From: an uncultured virus (IMG/VR IMGVR_UViG_3300042275_000805)
Lineage: Duplodnaviria > Heunggongvirae > Uroviricota > Caudoviricetes
Direction: 5' to 3' (one strand)
Virus record (IMG/VR): IMGVR_UViG_3300042275_000805
Length of the DNA stretch: 64,000 nt
The translations under genes were made by a program, and so were the position numbers. Shown here piece by piece: positions 1-9,172 of this stretch. Positions within the stretch are counted from its first letter, which is position 1; each line of letters begins with the position of its first letter. The notes below the pieces were generated by a model. It did not search any database. It was not told the origin of the DNA and was given only the letters and a program-made list of their open reading frames with translations.

Positions 1-307
1 CACAGCCGGGGCAGTAATTGGGTGGGTTCCATGCTCCGCATGAAAATGGAATTTCAATGGTGTTACTCATGAATGCCGGATCGGTACAGCAGCAACGCTC
101 GTGGGTGTTGCCATAATCGATCAATTGCCAGGTGATCCGGATGCGGGATTGATTGGTGAAGCAGCATGGCCCACACGGACAGGCGTTGACAATGACGGGT
201 TCCTTACAGCATTTGCCACAGATCATGAAGAGGCCATCGTCGGTTAATCCAAAGCTGCCGGTGTCCGTTCGCATGGGATCGATGTCGAATTGCCCGTCAG
301 TTCCCAT
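1..307 (-). CDS. Cys-rich phage protein, N-terminal part only (runs off left edge; tail fibre/tip position)
   Basis: Manual translation from ATG at 307: MGTDGQFDIDPMRTDTGSFGLTDDGLFMICGKCCKEPVIVNACPCGPCCF...RCCC...CPGC; open to position 1; GAGGT SD; overlaps the stop of the upstream gene. Confidence 0.75.
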   Translation of the reverse strand, partial: MGTDGQFDIDPMRTDTGSFGLTDDGLFMICGKCCKEPVIVNACPCGPCCFTNQSRIRITWQLIDYGNTHERCCCTDPAFMSNTIEIPFSCGAWNPPNYCPGC

Positions 308-1208
308 CGTCACATACCTCCACAGCCAGCGTCTCGTTGGCGTCATACAGTTGGAATTCCGTCATGCCGGTGAATGGATCAGTCACGTAAAAGCCAGTGC
401 CGATGATGCCATCGCCAGTGGCAGGTGCGGTGACGAGTTTGCCTGCTGCGGGACGTTGCTTGAGCGGCGTCATTTCTTCACCGAGGATTGTGCCATCTTC
501 CTCTTCGTCGTAGGCGTCGATGGTTTTGACAAAGTACGTGCGATTACATGGCGTGGTCTTGTCACCATCAGTTGTGCCACCATCCTGCCAGACTTTGCAT
601 GGGATCATGGTGGTTGTGTTGACGATGCTGGGCACGCCCATGCGGACAATCGCCCAGCATGGTTCTTCGAGCGGTACATCAGGTTGTCGCCAGAGAATCT
701 GCGTACTGCCCGTTGCTGAGGACATCATGAAGGCGGGGAAACCTGCAGTGGCCTGAGCGAATTGGTGGGTTTCATCGGTAACAACCAAGCGCACTTGGCA
801 GATGCCTTGGATCATGGCACGTCCGATGCCACCGGCCAGGATGGGCTCAAGCACAATTGCGTGCAGATCAGTCAGGCCATGGGCTTGAATATCGGGAAAG
901 ACGCCACTGAAGATCACCTGATCTACAAAACTGCCATCGGTGTCGATGATGGTTTGTGGTTCATGAATCGGCCCATCCAGTCCTAACACAAAATATCGCC
1001 AGCAATCGATGGGCGAATCATTACGCACCCACACCACACCGCTGCCATGAGCAGGCATCCGACTATTTGCCGACTGCATGGACTGTTCAAGTTTTTGGCG
1101 AGGTTTGATGCGTTGTTGGTAATCCGCAGCCGCATCGATGAACGCGTTGTAGGTGTTGGCTGGGATCACCAAGGGATCACCGGTACTGACTTTTTTCATC
1201 ATGGTCAT
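297..1208 (-). CDS. Hypothetical phage tail-region protein
   Basis: 303-aa ORF in the tail operon downstream of the tape measure gene. Confidence 0.7.
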   Translation of the reverse strand: MTMMKKVSTGDPLVIPANTYNAFIDAAADYQQRIKPRQKLEQSMQSANSRMPAHGSGVVWVRNDSPIDCWRYFVLGLDGPIHEPQTIIDTDGSFVDQVIFSGVFPDIQAHGLTDLHAIVLEPILAGGIGRAMIQGICQVRLVVTDETHQFAQATAGFPAFMMSSATGSTQILWRQPDVPLEEPCWAIVRMGVPSIVNTTTMIPCKVWQDGGTTDGDKTTPCNRTYFVKTIDAYDEEEDGTILGEEMTPLKQRPAAGKLVTAPATGDGIIGTGFYVTDPFTGMTEFQLYDANETLAVEVCDDGN

Positions 1209-1226
1209 GATTTAACTTCCGGGTGG

Positions 1227-2096
1227 TTAGGTGCCGATGTCCAACAGGCTGAAGTCGGCATCGTCGTAGACTTTTTCCACGTAGGCGGCCACGGGCCGCT
1301 TGATCATGGCAATGGCATCCAGGTCTTCGACGTCCGCATATCGAACCCACAGGTACTCCCAACCCTTTTTGGCAATGCCTGTGATGTTGCCAATGGTGAT
1401 GCCGGTTTTGTTGGGCGATGCAGCGAAGCGATAGGTGATCTCCCAATCTGCACCGCCAGACGTGCCTTCAGCAGATTCCGTTCCATGCAACGTGCCTGAT
1501 GCACCGAGGAACAAACACTCGCCCGCCGCAAGCCCACGGAACCCCCCGGAATTGACCTTGCCGGTGAGTTGAAAGAGCGTGCCTTTGTATTCGGGCGTCA
1601 CCTGTTCGACAGTGAGGTAATGGGTTTCACTGAAGTTGTAAATCGGCACCGTGATGTCCACGCCCTGGACTTCCGCATTGCCATTGGTATTGGACACGCC
1701 AATTGCACCATTGAAGTTGGGTGCCGAGGGAATCGACGAATCCGCATAAGAACCGATGGTCTCCAACGACTGGGTGATGTGTTGCGTGCCACCCATGGTG
1801 TCGAAGCTGTACGTATACTCGCCACTACCAGGCTCAGGCCCCCCGGAAGTCCCACTGCTGGAAGTGGTGGCTTCAGCGTAGCGAACGCTGGCATCCCAAT
1901 ACTCTTCGCTGATCGGCTCGATCTGCACGGATTGTCGGGGCAAACCGTCATAGGTTTCAGGAGCAAAGTTTTCAACAGCAGACTTGATCGCAAGATCATC
2001 GTCGCTGCCACTTGCAATGTAGGTCAGTGTCACCTGAGCATTGCTGCCCGTGGTGCTTTGACGACTGTCATATTTTTCTGCAACGGTGATGGGCAT
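1227..2096 (-). CDS. Phage tail tip/hub-type structural protein (hypothetical)
   Basis: 289-aa ORF immediately after the tape measure gene; function from position only. Confidence 0.7.
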   Translation of the reverse strand: MPITVAEKYDSRQSTTGSNAQVTLTYIASGSDDDLAIKSAVENFAPETYDGLPRQSVQIEPISEEYWDASVRYAEATTSSSGTSGGPEPGSGEYTYSFDTMGGTQHITQSLETIGSYADSSIPSAPNFNGAIGVSNTNGNAEVQGVDITVPIYNFSETHYLTVEQVTPEYKGTLFQLTGKVNSGGFRGLAAGECLFLGASGTLHGTESAEGTSGGADWEITYRFAASPNKTGITIGNITGIAKKGWEYLWVRYADVEDLDAIAMIKRPVAAYVEKVYDDADFSLLDIGT

Positions 2097-2114
2097 AAAG
2101 TAGTTCCCAAAGAG

Positions 2115-4481
2115 TTAACTAAAAGACAAAGACGAACCACCGCCACCATTCTGCACTTCATTGAGCAGACGTTTGACGTGCCGGGCTGTTTCCTCGGTGG
2201 CATTTGCAGTTCGTTGGGCAATCGACTGATTCGTCATGAGTCCCTGCAATGCTGCGGAATTGAATGTGCCGCGTGATTGTTGATTGGGACTCAGCGATCC
2301 GATCTGGCCACCGAGTTCAGCGAGTTTTTTCTTGAGGGTGTCGATCAGATTGTCGGGTGATGCGGGTTGAGCCTGATCACCCGACTGCGTGTTCTGCTTC
2401 GCTTGAGCGGCCTGTTGAAGTAACTGCTGGTATTCAGCACGCGTCTTTTCCAGATCGTCCAACGCAGTGGCCATCTGTTTTTCGTACTGCGTTTGACGGC
2501 TCTTATTGCCCGAAGCCTGTTCCTGATCAATGAGATTCTGTTGGGTTTGGCGTTCGTGATCGATACGTGCCAAGTCCGAATCATATTGCTGTTTGTTCTC
2601 AGCCAATGCTGCATCGCGTTGCCTGCTGATGTTGGCTTTGTCCGCATTAGCATTGGTGCGGGCGATGTTGATCGCCATGTCGACGTTGTAGTCCTTGTCG
2701 AATAGGCCAATCAGATGATGCATGCCTTCCTCGACCTTGAGTTGGGCTGATCGAAACGTCGACTGCAATCCCGCTGTCATCGTCGTCCATGCATCGGAGA
2801 GGAATGATGTGGTTTGAACCCACAGGATGCGCAGACCATGCCACGCATCAACGAGTACCTTGGTCACTTTATAGAAGGCTTGGCTGGCCACATTGACGAT
2901 GGTGTACTTGAAGCTGTACCACAGTGATTCCACTTGGTAGATGCCGCGTTGCCACTCGACTTTGAGAGCTTGCCAGAGAATCTTTGCAGCCAGACTCAGA
3001 TCACCGGAAGCCAAGGCATCTCGGATTCCCTGCCAGGCAACGAGGGCACGATCCTTGGGTTCGCCAAAGCGGTCACAGAGCCAGTTGAGCGTTTTGGACG
3101 CAATGTCCGTCATGCTGAGAATCGCAATGCCGATGCCTGCCGCAGCCACGATCACCAGTCCCATGGGTGAGATCAGTGCGCCAAGCACCGTGAGTAACGT
3201 ACCGATGACACCGACACTACCGGTGATGATGCCCGACAAGCCGCCGAAGATAAACGCCATTGCCTGAGCTGCGACACCGGTGGTCATCAGGATCACCCCG
3301 ACGGCAGCGATGCCAGCAATCACCAACGCAGCCGATCGCACCAGCGACTGGTTCTTAGACAGCAGATCAATCACCACGCCTGCATATTTGGACACGATGG
3401 CCGCCGCCTTGGCCACCGGTTCGCTTAAGGCTTCGCCCATGATGCCCAGCGTGATGATGCCCGCCTGCTTGATGCGGTTAAAAGCATGCGTCAGGGTCTT
3501 GCTGAGTTTGGCATAGGCTTTGTCGGCCAAGCCAGCGCGGCTTTGCATCGCGTCCAGGTCGGATTCAAAACCCTTCAGATTATTCAACGCGGGCACGATG
3601 CCACGCAACGCAGCGGAATCGGGGAACAGCTTAGCTAACACATCCGGTGGCAGCTTGGCGAGTTTTTCCATGACGCCATGCAGCCCCTCGGTCTTGAGCG
3701 TCGTGGTGTTCATTTCAAAACCAAGCTCATGCGCCAACTGGGTTGCCTCAGCACTGGGTTTGAGGAAGCTTCGCAAAATGCCGTTCACCGAGTCGATGGC
3801 CGTGGTGGTGCGCAAACCGTTGCGGGTGAGTGTGGCGATCATCGCACCCAGTTCATCCAGCGGCAATCCTGCACTTGCAGCTGTCGATGCGACCATGCCG
3901 ATCTGTGGTGCCAGTTCGGCAAACGTCGTTTTGCCGCGCTGCACGATGCCGAACAACCAGTCGGAGACGTCTCCGGCGTTTTCCGCAGCCAGTCCATAAC
4001 TGTTGAGCACGGTGGTGATCGCATCGGCTGCGGTGCGTGTGTCTGTGAGCCCCGCTTTGGCAGACTTGGCAGCAACACCCAACACATCCAATGCCTTGGC
4101 TGGGGCAATCGAAGCTGACAGGATGTCATACAAACCGCCCGACAAGGCTTCGGTGGATTCACCAAAACTCACCGCCATCTTGCGGATGCCTTTGGTGAAG
4201 CCGTCCATGTATTTTTCGGCGTCGGAGTCCGAAAGCATCGTGGCGACGGTGGCCATCTGCTGCTGAAAATCCGCGTAGATTTTCAGGCCGGAGAGCAGAG
4301 GCACCGCCGCCACGGCCGACACAGCGGTCAGTCGCTTGCCGATCTCGCCCACAGACTTGCCAAAGGCTTTGACGCGCTTCTGTGCTCTATCGAGTCCACG
4401 CACCAACTTGCTGTCCTGCGTGCTCAGCTCAATGTATGCAGCCCCGGCGCGTATATTCCGACTGTTGGCGATACCTGCCAT
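2115..4481 (-). CDS. Phage tail tape measure protein (TP901-like core)
   Basis: 788 aa, Ala/Leu-rich helical; GKTTFAELAPQIGMVASTA core; hydrophobic middle; GGAG SD. Confidence 0.92.
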   Translation of the reverse strand: MAGIANSRNIRAGAAYIELSTQDSKLVRGLDRAQKRVKAFGKSVGEIGKRLTAVSAVAAVPLLSGLKIYADFQQQMATVATMLSDSDAEKYMDGFTKGIRKMAVSFGESTEALSGGLYDILSASIAPAKALDVLGVAAKSAKAGLTDTRTAADAITTVLNSYGLAAENAGDVSDWLFGIVQRGKTTFAELAPQIGMVASTAASAGLPLDELGAMIATLTRNGLRTTTAIDSVNGILRSFLKPSAEATQLAHELGFEMNTTTLKTEGLHGVMEKLAKLPPDVLAKLFPDSAALRGIVPALNNLKGFESDLDAMQSRAGLADKAYAKLSKTLTHAFNRIKQAGIITLGIMGEALSEPVAKAAAIVSKYAGVVIDLLSKNQSLVRSAALVIAGIAAVGVILMTTGVAAQAMAFIFGGLSGIITGSVGVIGTLLTVLGALISPMGLVIVAAAGIGIAILSMTDIASKTLNWLCDRFGEPKDRALVAWQGIRDALASGDLSLAAKILWQALKVEWQRGIYQVESLWYSFKYTIVNVASQAFYKVTKVLVDAWHGLRILWVQTTSFLSDAWTTMTAGLQSTFRSAQLKVEEGMHHLIGLFDKDYNVDMAINIARTNANADKANISRQRDAALAENKQQYDSDLARIDHERQTQQNLIDQEQASGNKSRQTQYEKQMATALDDLEKTRAEYQQLLQQAAQAKQNTQSGDQAQPASPDNLIDTLKKKLAELGGQIGSLSPNQQSRGTFNSAALQGLMTNQSIAQRTANATEETARHVKRLLNEVQNGGGGSSLSFS

Positions 4482-4508
4482 TGCGACTCCTGTTTACAAG
4501 GCAATTAA

Positions 4509-4595
4509 CCACAGATACACACAGATGAACACAGATAAAAATCAAGCCACGAATCACAGCAACACATCAAAAAAACATCTGCGTTTATCTGTGTG
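4509..4595. repeat. Intergenic palindromic element built from 10-nt CACAGAT-type tandem units
   Basis: CACACAGATGAACACAGAT (4518-4536) pairs with ATCTGCGTTTATCTGTGTG (4577-4595), 17/19. Confidence 0.75.
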
Positions 4596-4623
4596 ATTTC
4601 CGGGGGTGCGGCAAAAAATGTCT

Positions 4624-5088
4624 TTATGCTGTGGCTACAGTCGAAGCCGGAGTCGTTTTGCGGCCTTCGTCCAGGCCCTTGTTGAAGGAGTCTTCTTTTT
4701 CCTTGCGGAGTTTGCCGCTGCCGAGGAATAAACCGAGCAAACCGGATGCAGCAGGTAACATGGGACCGAGGACTGGAACACCTGCAACAGTGGGACCGAT
4801 TTCATCGAGAGCGGACAGCGACAACTGGTTGACCATGTTGCGGATTTCGTTGGCATGTTCGATGTTGGATTTCCACTGACTACCTGCGGTTTGCATGTGT
4901 TGATACCAGAGTTGGTATTCGCTTTCAGCTTCGTTGAGGGAGATGGTGCTGGCCAGCCCAGTCTGCTGCTGAATCGTGTTGGGCGTTTTGACGTGAATCA
5001 TGTCGCCCATATCGCAGCCTGCAAAACTCAGCAAGCCAAGGACAACAAACGTGAGGATGAACAGGAAGATCAGGTGATTGGTTTTCAT
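4624..5088 (-). CDS. Predicted lipoprotein with C-terminal hydrophobic segment
   Basis: Signal peptide ending in lipobox FAGC; C-terminal GVPVLGPMLPAASGLLGLFLG then basic KLRKEK. Confidence 0.75.
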   Translation of the reverse strand: MKTNHLIFLFILTFVVLGLLSFAGCDMGDMIHVKTPNTIQQQTGLASTISLNEAESEYQLWYQHMQTAGSQWKSNIEHANEIRNMVNQLSLSALDEIGPTVAGVPVLGPMLPAASGLLGLFLGSGKLRKEKEDSFNKGLDEGRKTTPASTVATA

Positions 5089-5384
5089 GGTGATGGTTTC
5101 CTTTGGGTTCCGGGGGCGGGGACAAAAGTGCGTTTGAGTAGTGCCATGGCATCAGCGGTGTCCAACGGGATCACCTGTGATGACTGGCTTTGGGCAAACG
5201 GATCAAAGTCCGCTGCCTTGAACGTGTGGGAACGATTGAAGGTGAGTAGATTGGCAAGTAGTGCCATCAGGTTGGACGTGTGCTGCCAATCCTGTTTCTG
5301 ACGGCTCTGGGCCATCTCGTAGAGTTCACGCATGGTGAACGGATCGGGATGGACACCGAGGATGCCTGCCAGTTGCCAGATCAT
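5085..5384 (-). CDS. Tail assembly chaperone, second ORF (gpT-like)
   Basis: In the -1 frame relative to the upstream chaperone (ATGA overlap), between tail tube and tape measure genes. Confidence 0.7.
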   Translation of the reverse strand: MIWQLAGILGVHPDPFTMRELYEMAQSRQKQDWQHTSNLMALLANLLTFNRSHTFKAADFDPFAQSQSSQVIPLDTADAMALLKRTFVPAPGTQRKPSP

Positions 5385-5824
5385 GTCTTGGCAGGTTGCA
5401 GCAGGTGTTCGAGTTGCTGTTGGAGTTCCGGACTGTCCAGTTGGGCACTGGCGATTTCCAGTGCTTTTTCCTCGACCTGGCGAAGCTTTGCCAGTGCCTT
5501 CTTGAGCACGGTTCGCTTCGCTGCGGGGAAAAAATCTGCCAACTCCTGGAGCAGTGCTGTGGTGGCATGATCGATCACGTCACCTGCCAGTGCCTGGCCG
5601 AACTGTTCATCGCTGACGTTGGCACTCTCGGCCTGCTGCTGGCAGATGGCATACAGCACATCGCAGAGCAGGATCGGATCGGTGGACAGTTTTTCCAGCA
5701 GATGCGATTTACTGTCCAACACATCCAACAGGTTGACGCCGACGAGTGCCTGGACACGTTTGATGGTGGCGACGGTAATATGCACAGTCCACACATTGTT
5801 GCTGTTATCAGAAAATGACTGCAT
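5381..5824 (-). CDS. Tail assembly chaperone (gpG-like)
   Basis: Start MQSFSD at 5824 overlaps the tail tube stop (TAATG); position after tail tube. Confidence 0.75.
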   Translation of the reverse strand: MQSFSDNSNNVWTVHITVATIKRVQALVGVNLLDVLDSKSHLLEKLSTDPILLCDVLYAICQQQAESANVSDEQFGQALAGDVIDHATTALLQELADFFPAAKRTVLKKALAKLRQVEEKALEIASAQLDSPELQQQLEHLLQPAKT

Positions 5825-6048
5825 TAGCTGCCACCTCCATCCACCCAAGTTGGTGCACGAGTAACATACGTTGGCTTGACGGTCACGTTGACGGTGATGG
5901 CTTCTTCGAGCGGTTCGTTGCGCGTGAAGTTGGTGACCGAGAAGTCAGCATCAAGTCCACTGCCACCTTCACCATCGAGCACGGCCATTGCGATGGGTGT
6001 GTTGTTGAAGTAGGCGTTCTTGATCGCGGTAAAACCTGCGTCCTCGGT
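5824..6048 (-). CDS. Major tail tube protein, exon 2 (TEDAGFTAIKNAYF...GGGS)
   Basis: Joins exon 1 (8531-8734) in frame after intron removal, giving a 142-aa protein. Confidence 0.88.
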   Translation of the reverse strand, partial: TEDAGFTAIKNAYFNNTPIAMAVLDGEGGSGLDADFSVTNFTRNEPLEEAITVNVTVKPTYVTRAPTWVDGGGS

Positions 6049-6087
6049 GTGGTGTAGGCCAAGGAGTTGCACCCTGACCCCAACCCC

Positions 6088-6121
6088 AAACCGGGCGTGC
6101 AAGTTTCCAAGCACCCGGCTT
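6088..6121 (-). ncRNA. Group II intron catalytic domain V
   Basis: AAGCCGGGTGCTTGGAAACTTGCACGCCCGGTTT hairpin with AGC triad, GAAA loop and AC bulge. Confidence 0.92.
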
Positions 6122-6139
6122 TCCCGATATTTCTTGACT

Positions 6140-7807
6140 TTATTTCGCATAGGTCTTTTCCTTGTGACAAAACAGACACAGGGTCTGCATGTTTTCCAGA
6201 TAACTTGCCTGTGCAAAGCTGGCAAAGCTTTGGACGGGTTTGATATGATCGGCCTGTGAGGTTGCTGCTGTGATGGGCTTGCCGCATTGGCTGCATTTCA
6301 AACCGTCACGTGCCAGGGCCTGATGCTTCAGGTCCATGCCACCGGTTCTGTTCTTTTCGTGGATGTAGCGTTCGCCGTCCACGTCAGAATCAGACTCGTA
6401 GTCGCCGTTGCCCGGCACATAAGGTTCGGGGCCACCTTGGTCCCATGCCATGCGTATATCGCGGAATTTCGCGAGTGTGCATGTTGAGAACATCCCAATG
6501 TAGCTTCCGAATGTGTACCCGCGAAGGCACTTGGCAGTGGATATGTCCTGCTTGCGACATATCGCTTTGACGGCTATCCAGTAGGCGTGATGGTCCAACA
6601 AGGACGACACGACTGAATAGTTATGGGCGATCTTGTAATAATGAGCCCATCCCCGTACAACTGCCGAGCCCCGGATCATGCGGACGGCAATCGACTCTTG
6701 TTGGGGTCGATGCCGAATCGCTTTCGCCAGGCTTCGCTTGGCATTGGCCACTGCTTCCAGCGGAACCTTGATCTTCGCAGCGTGGTGGCCACGTCTGACA
6801 ACACCCATTTCCAAGCGGAAACTGAGAAATTCAAAACCCTCGCGGACATGCGTGATGTGCGTCTTCTCCTCCGAAAGTCGCAGGCCGCAGTTGACGGCAA
6901 GGAACCCACGGATTTCCTCACGGAGATTCTCGGCATAACGCTTTGAAGCCCGCGTGATGAACACACACCAATCATCGGCATAGCGGACGAACCGAAGGTT
7001 CGGCTCCCGGTTATACCATGCTCGCCGACTGGCCAGATTGTGTGAACCCTTTGCATGCAGGAACCAGTCCAGCTTGTTCAGGACCACGTTGGCCAGTAAC
7101 GGTGAGACGACACCGCCTTGAGGCACGCCTTTCTCAGTGGGATGGACGATACCCTCAATTTCCACGCCTGATTTAAGGAACAGACGAATCAGATTGAGGA
7201 ATTTGTTATCCATCACCTTTTTCCGCAAGGCTTGGAGTATTGCCTTGTGCGAGATCTCATCGAAACACGCCTTCACATCGCCTTCGATCACCCATGTGAA
7301 CTGACGGTTCATCAGGTGTTTGCATCGAAAGATGGCATGATGCGTGCTTCTGTTGGGCCGAAACCCGTAGGAATCGTCATGGAATTCGACTTCAAAGATT
7401 GGTTCGAGTGCCATACGGACAGTCTCTTGCACAATCTTGTCCCGCAGGCAGGGAATCCCAAGCTTTCGCGGTTTCCCGTTGGGCTTGATGATCACACTGC
7501 GCCGCAGGGGCTGAGGACGATAGGTTCCATGTTTCAATTCCAACCGAAGTGCTTCCAGTTCCTTGGTCTGTGTTCTTTCAAACACGGACACGGTGATACC
7601 GTCAACACCCGGTGCTTTGCCTCGGGAACGTGTCATCACGCGAGCACAGGCTTCTGCGATCCATTGTGGATGATGCAGCAGGTCCATCAGGTTGCGAACC
7701 CGGCCATCGTACGAATTGACCGGAAACAGAGGTGATCCTGATTCCCTGTGTTGCTTGTGCATACGTGACTGTTCCCACAGTCTTCTCTGGACTTCTTTCA
7801 CGTTCAT
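6140..7807 (-). CDS. ltrA: Group II intron reverse transcriptase/maturase with C-terminal HNH endonuclease
   Basis: APGVDG, RKLGIP, SYGFRP, GVPQGGVVSPLLAN and RYADD RT motifs; RGWAHYY maturase; CxxC...DHI...N...LCxxCH HNH; alternative start at 7822. Confidence 0.95.
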   Translation of the reverse strand: MNVKEVQRRLWEQSRMHKQHRESGSPLFPVNSYDGRVRNLMDLLHHPQWIAEACARVMTRSRGKAPGVDGITVSVFERTQTKELEALRLELKHGTYRPQPLRRSVIIKPNGKPRKLGIPCLRDKIVQETVRMALEPIFEVEFHDDSYGFRPNRSTHHAIFRCKHLMNRQFTWVIEGDVKACFDEISHKAILQALRKKVMDNKFLNLIRLFLKSGVEIEGIVHPTEKGVPQGGVVSPLLANVVLNKLDWFLHAKGSHNLASRRAWYNREPNLRFVRYADDWCVFITRASKRYAENLREEIRGFLAVNCGLRLSEEKTHITHVREGFEFLSFRLEMGVVRRGHHAAKIKVPLEAVANAKRSLAKAIRHRPQQESIAVRMIRGSAVVRGWAHYYKIAHNYSVVSSLLDHHAYWIAVKAICRKQDISTAKCLRGYTFGSYIGMFSTCTLAKFRDIRMAWDQGGPEPYVPGNGDYESDSDVDGERYIHEKNRTGGMDLKHQALARDGLKCSQCGKPITAATSQADHIKPVQSFASFAQASYLENMQTLCLFCHKEKTYAK

Positions 7808-8530
7808 CGGAAACCCTTCCAATTGTTAAACCTTTCCGTCGTCCAGAACGAAACATCCTGCCTCCCTTCGCCATGTGGACGGCTTTCCCGTCCTCGGACT
7901 ACTACGGAGGCTCCGCCACTTGGTCGCCTCTTCGGTGTGGATTCAGTCAATTTCATATGGATCAACCTATCCGTGTGAGCACCGTTTGCCGGACCGTCCG
8001 GCGTTCTACTCGACCAAGCTTCACTGGTTCCTTTGCTGACACAATTCGCTTTCGCGTAGGCTCCGACTCTTGAGACACCCAACAGCGTTCCGCTGCTCCT
8101 CCAAACACCGTCAGATAGTTGACCACTCTGACGACTACGGAACTCTTGCGAGTTCGTCAGGACAAACGACTGGGATAATATCGTTTGTCCGTTTGGATCA
8201 TTCCCTATTCCGGGAGCAACCCCGGACGGCTTCTGTGTTATCAGGAATGAGGACATGTTTTTCCGAAGGTGCAAGTCAGTTTCCTAATTAAGTAGCCATA
8301 CGAAAACACTACCTTGAGAGACTGCCACGGCTAAGAAGCCTTGCCTGTGTCTCCCGTTGTCCGGGGAGCTCTTTTGCCGAGCCGGCTCACACATTCCGGT
8401 CGACTTACCCCGTAGGTACGGTGGACGGCCAAACGTCCACGGTGTGCAATCACACATTGTCAAGCAAAGTATCTCGTGCTGTTGATTGCTTGTTGCCAAG
8501 CACTCAAGCAGCGCGATACATCAGTCGCAC

Positions 8531-8734
8531 ATCCCAGGCCATCGTGAATTCAACACTGCCATTTTTGAGCGTGGCGATGGTTGTACGCCAACCATTGCTG
8601 GCTCGCGTGGTGATGTCGGCTTCGCCAGTTTCCAGGTTGAGCGTGACGTCCTTGACGTTGGTCAGCTCGGTTGTTGCGGATGCTCCGGCCGCGCCGTGGT
8701 ATAGCTTGGCCTGCATCCCTAAACGGATGGACAT
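8531..8734 (-). CDS. Major tail tube protein, exon 1 (MSIRLG...VEFTMAWD)
   Basis: 68 codons ending exactly at the intron GTGCG; AAGGAG SD. Confidence 0.88.
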
Positions 8735-8770
8735 AAAATTCTCCTTGAATTAAGGGGTTTTGTGTGTGGT

Positions 8771-9166
8771 TTATCGAATCGAGCCTGCCCAGAACCGGGG
8801 CAAACGCGTTAAGTTTTTACTGAGTGCAGGGCCCATGAATGGTCTGGCACGGTAATTGGCTTTGCGGTAGCGGCCACCAAATTCGTGTGCCATGGCCGAC
8901 GGGCCAACGTGGGCGAATCCTGGGCCGATCAGTACGCGGTCGCTGCCTTCGCGTGCATACACAATGGCACGCCGCAGTTGGCCGTGTCGGGTACGGGGTG
9001 GCGAACTGGGTGGTGCATAGCGTTTACTCCGTCGAATGCTGCGTCGTGCTGTTAACCGGATCGCCGCCCCGGCATGGCCCAGACTCTGGAAACTCGCCTG
9101 GTTCATCTTTTGCCGGATCAGTTTTTTGTTGAGCCCGTTATGGGGTGTAAAGTGAACTCTGAGCAT
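8771..9166 (-). CDS. HK97 gp10-like neck/tail completion protein
   Basis: Basic; PPxTRxGxLRRAI, HEFGG and ARPFMGPAL motifs. Confidence 0.75.
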   Translation of the reverse strand: MLRVHFTPHNGLNKKLIRQKMNQASFQSLGHAGAAIRLTARRSIRRSKRYAPPSSPPRTRHGQLRRAIVYAREGSDRVLIGPGFAHVGPSAMAHEFGGRYRKANYRARPFMGPALSKNLTRLPRFWAGSIR

Positions 9167-9172
9167 GGTGAT

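Larger units (their letters stand above)
6049..8530 (-). mobile_element. Group II intron (2,482 nt) inserted in the tail tube gene
   Basis: 5' end GTGCG at 8530; 34-nt domain V with AGC triad at 6088-6121; domain VI ending ...CCTACACCAC (AY) at 6049; internal RT ORF; EBS1 loop at 8170-8176. Confidence 0.95.

Noticed and set aside
5824..6225. 133-aa ORF (and the 76-aa ORF 8504-8734) as independent genes
   Set aside because: They are the two tail tube exons read into intron sequence
6140..7822. RT as DGR, retron or defence RT
   Set aside because: Maturase and HNH domains, domains V/VI, GTGCG/AC ends and a restored exon frame identify a group II intron; no TR/VR pair seen
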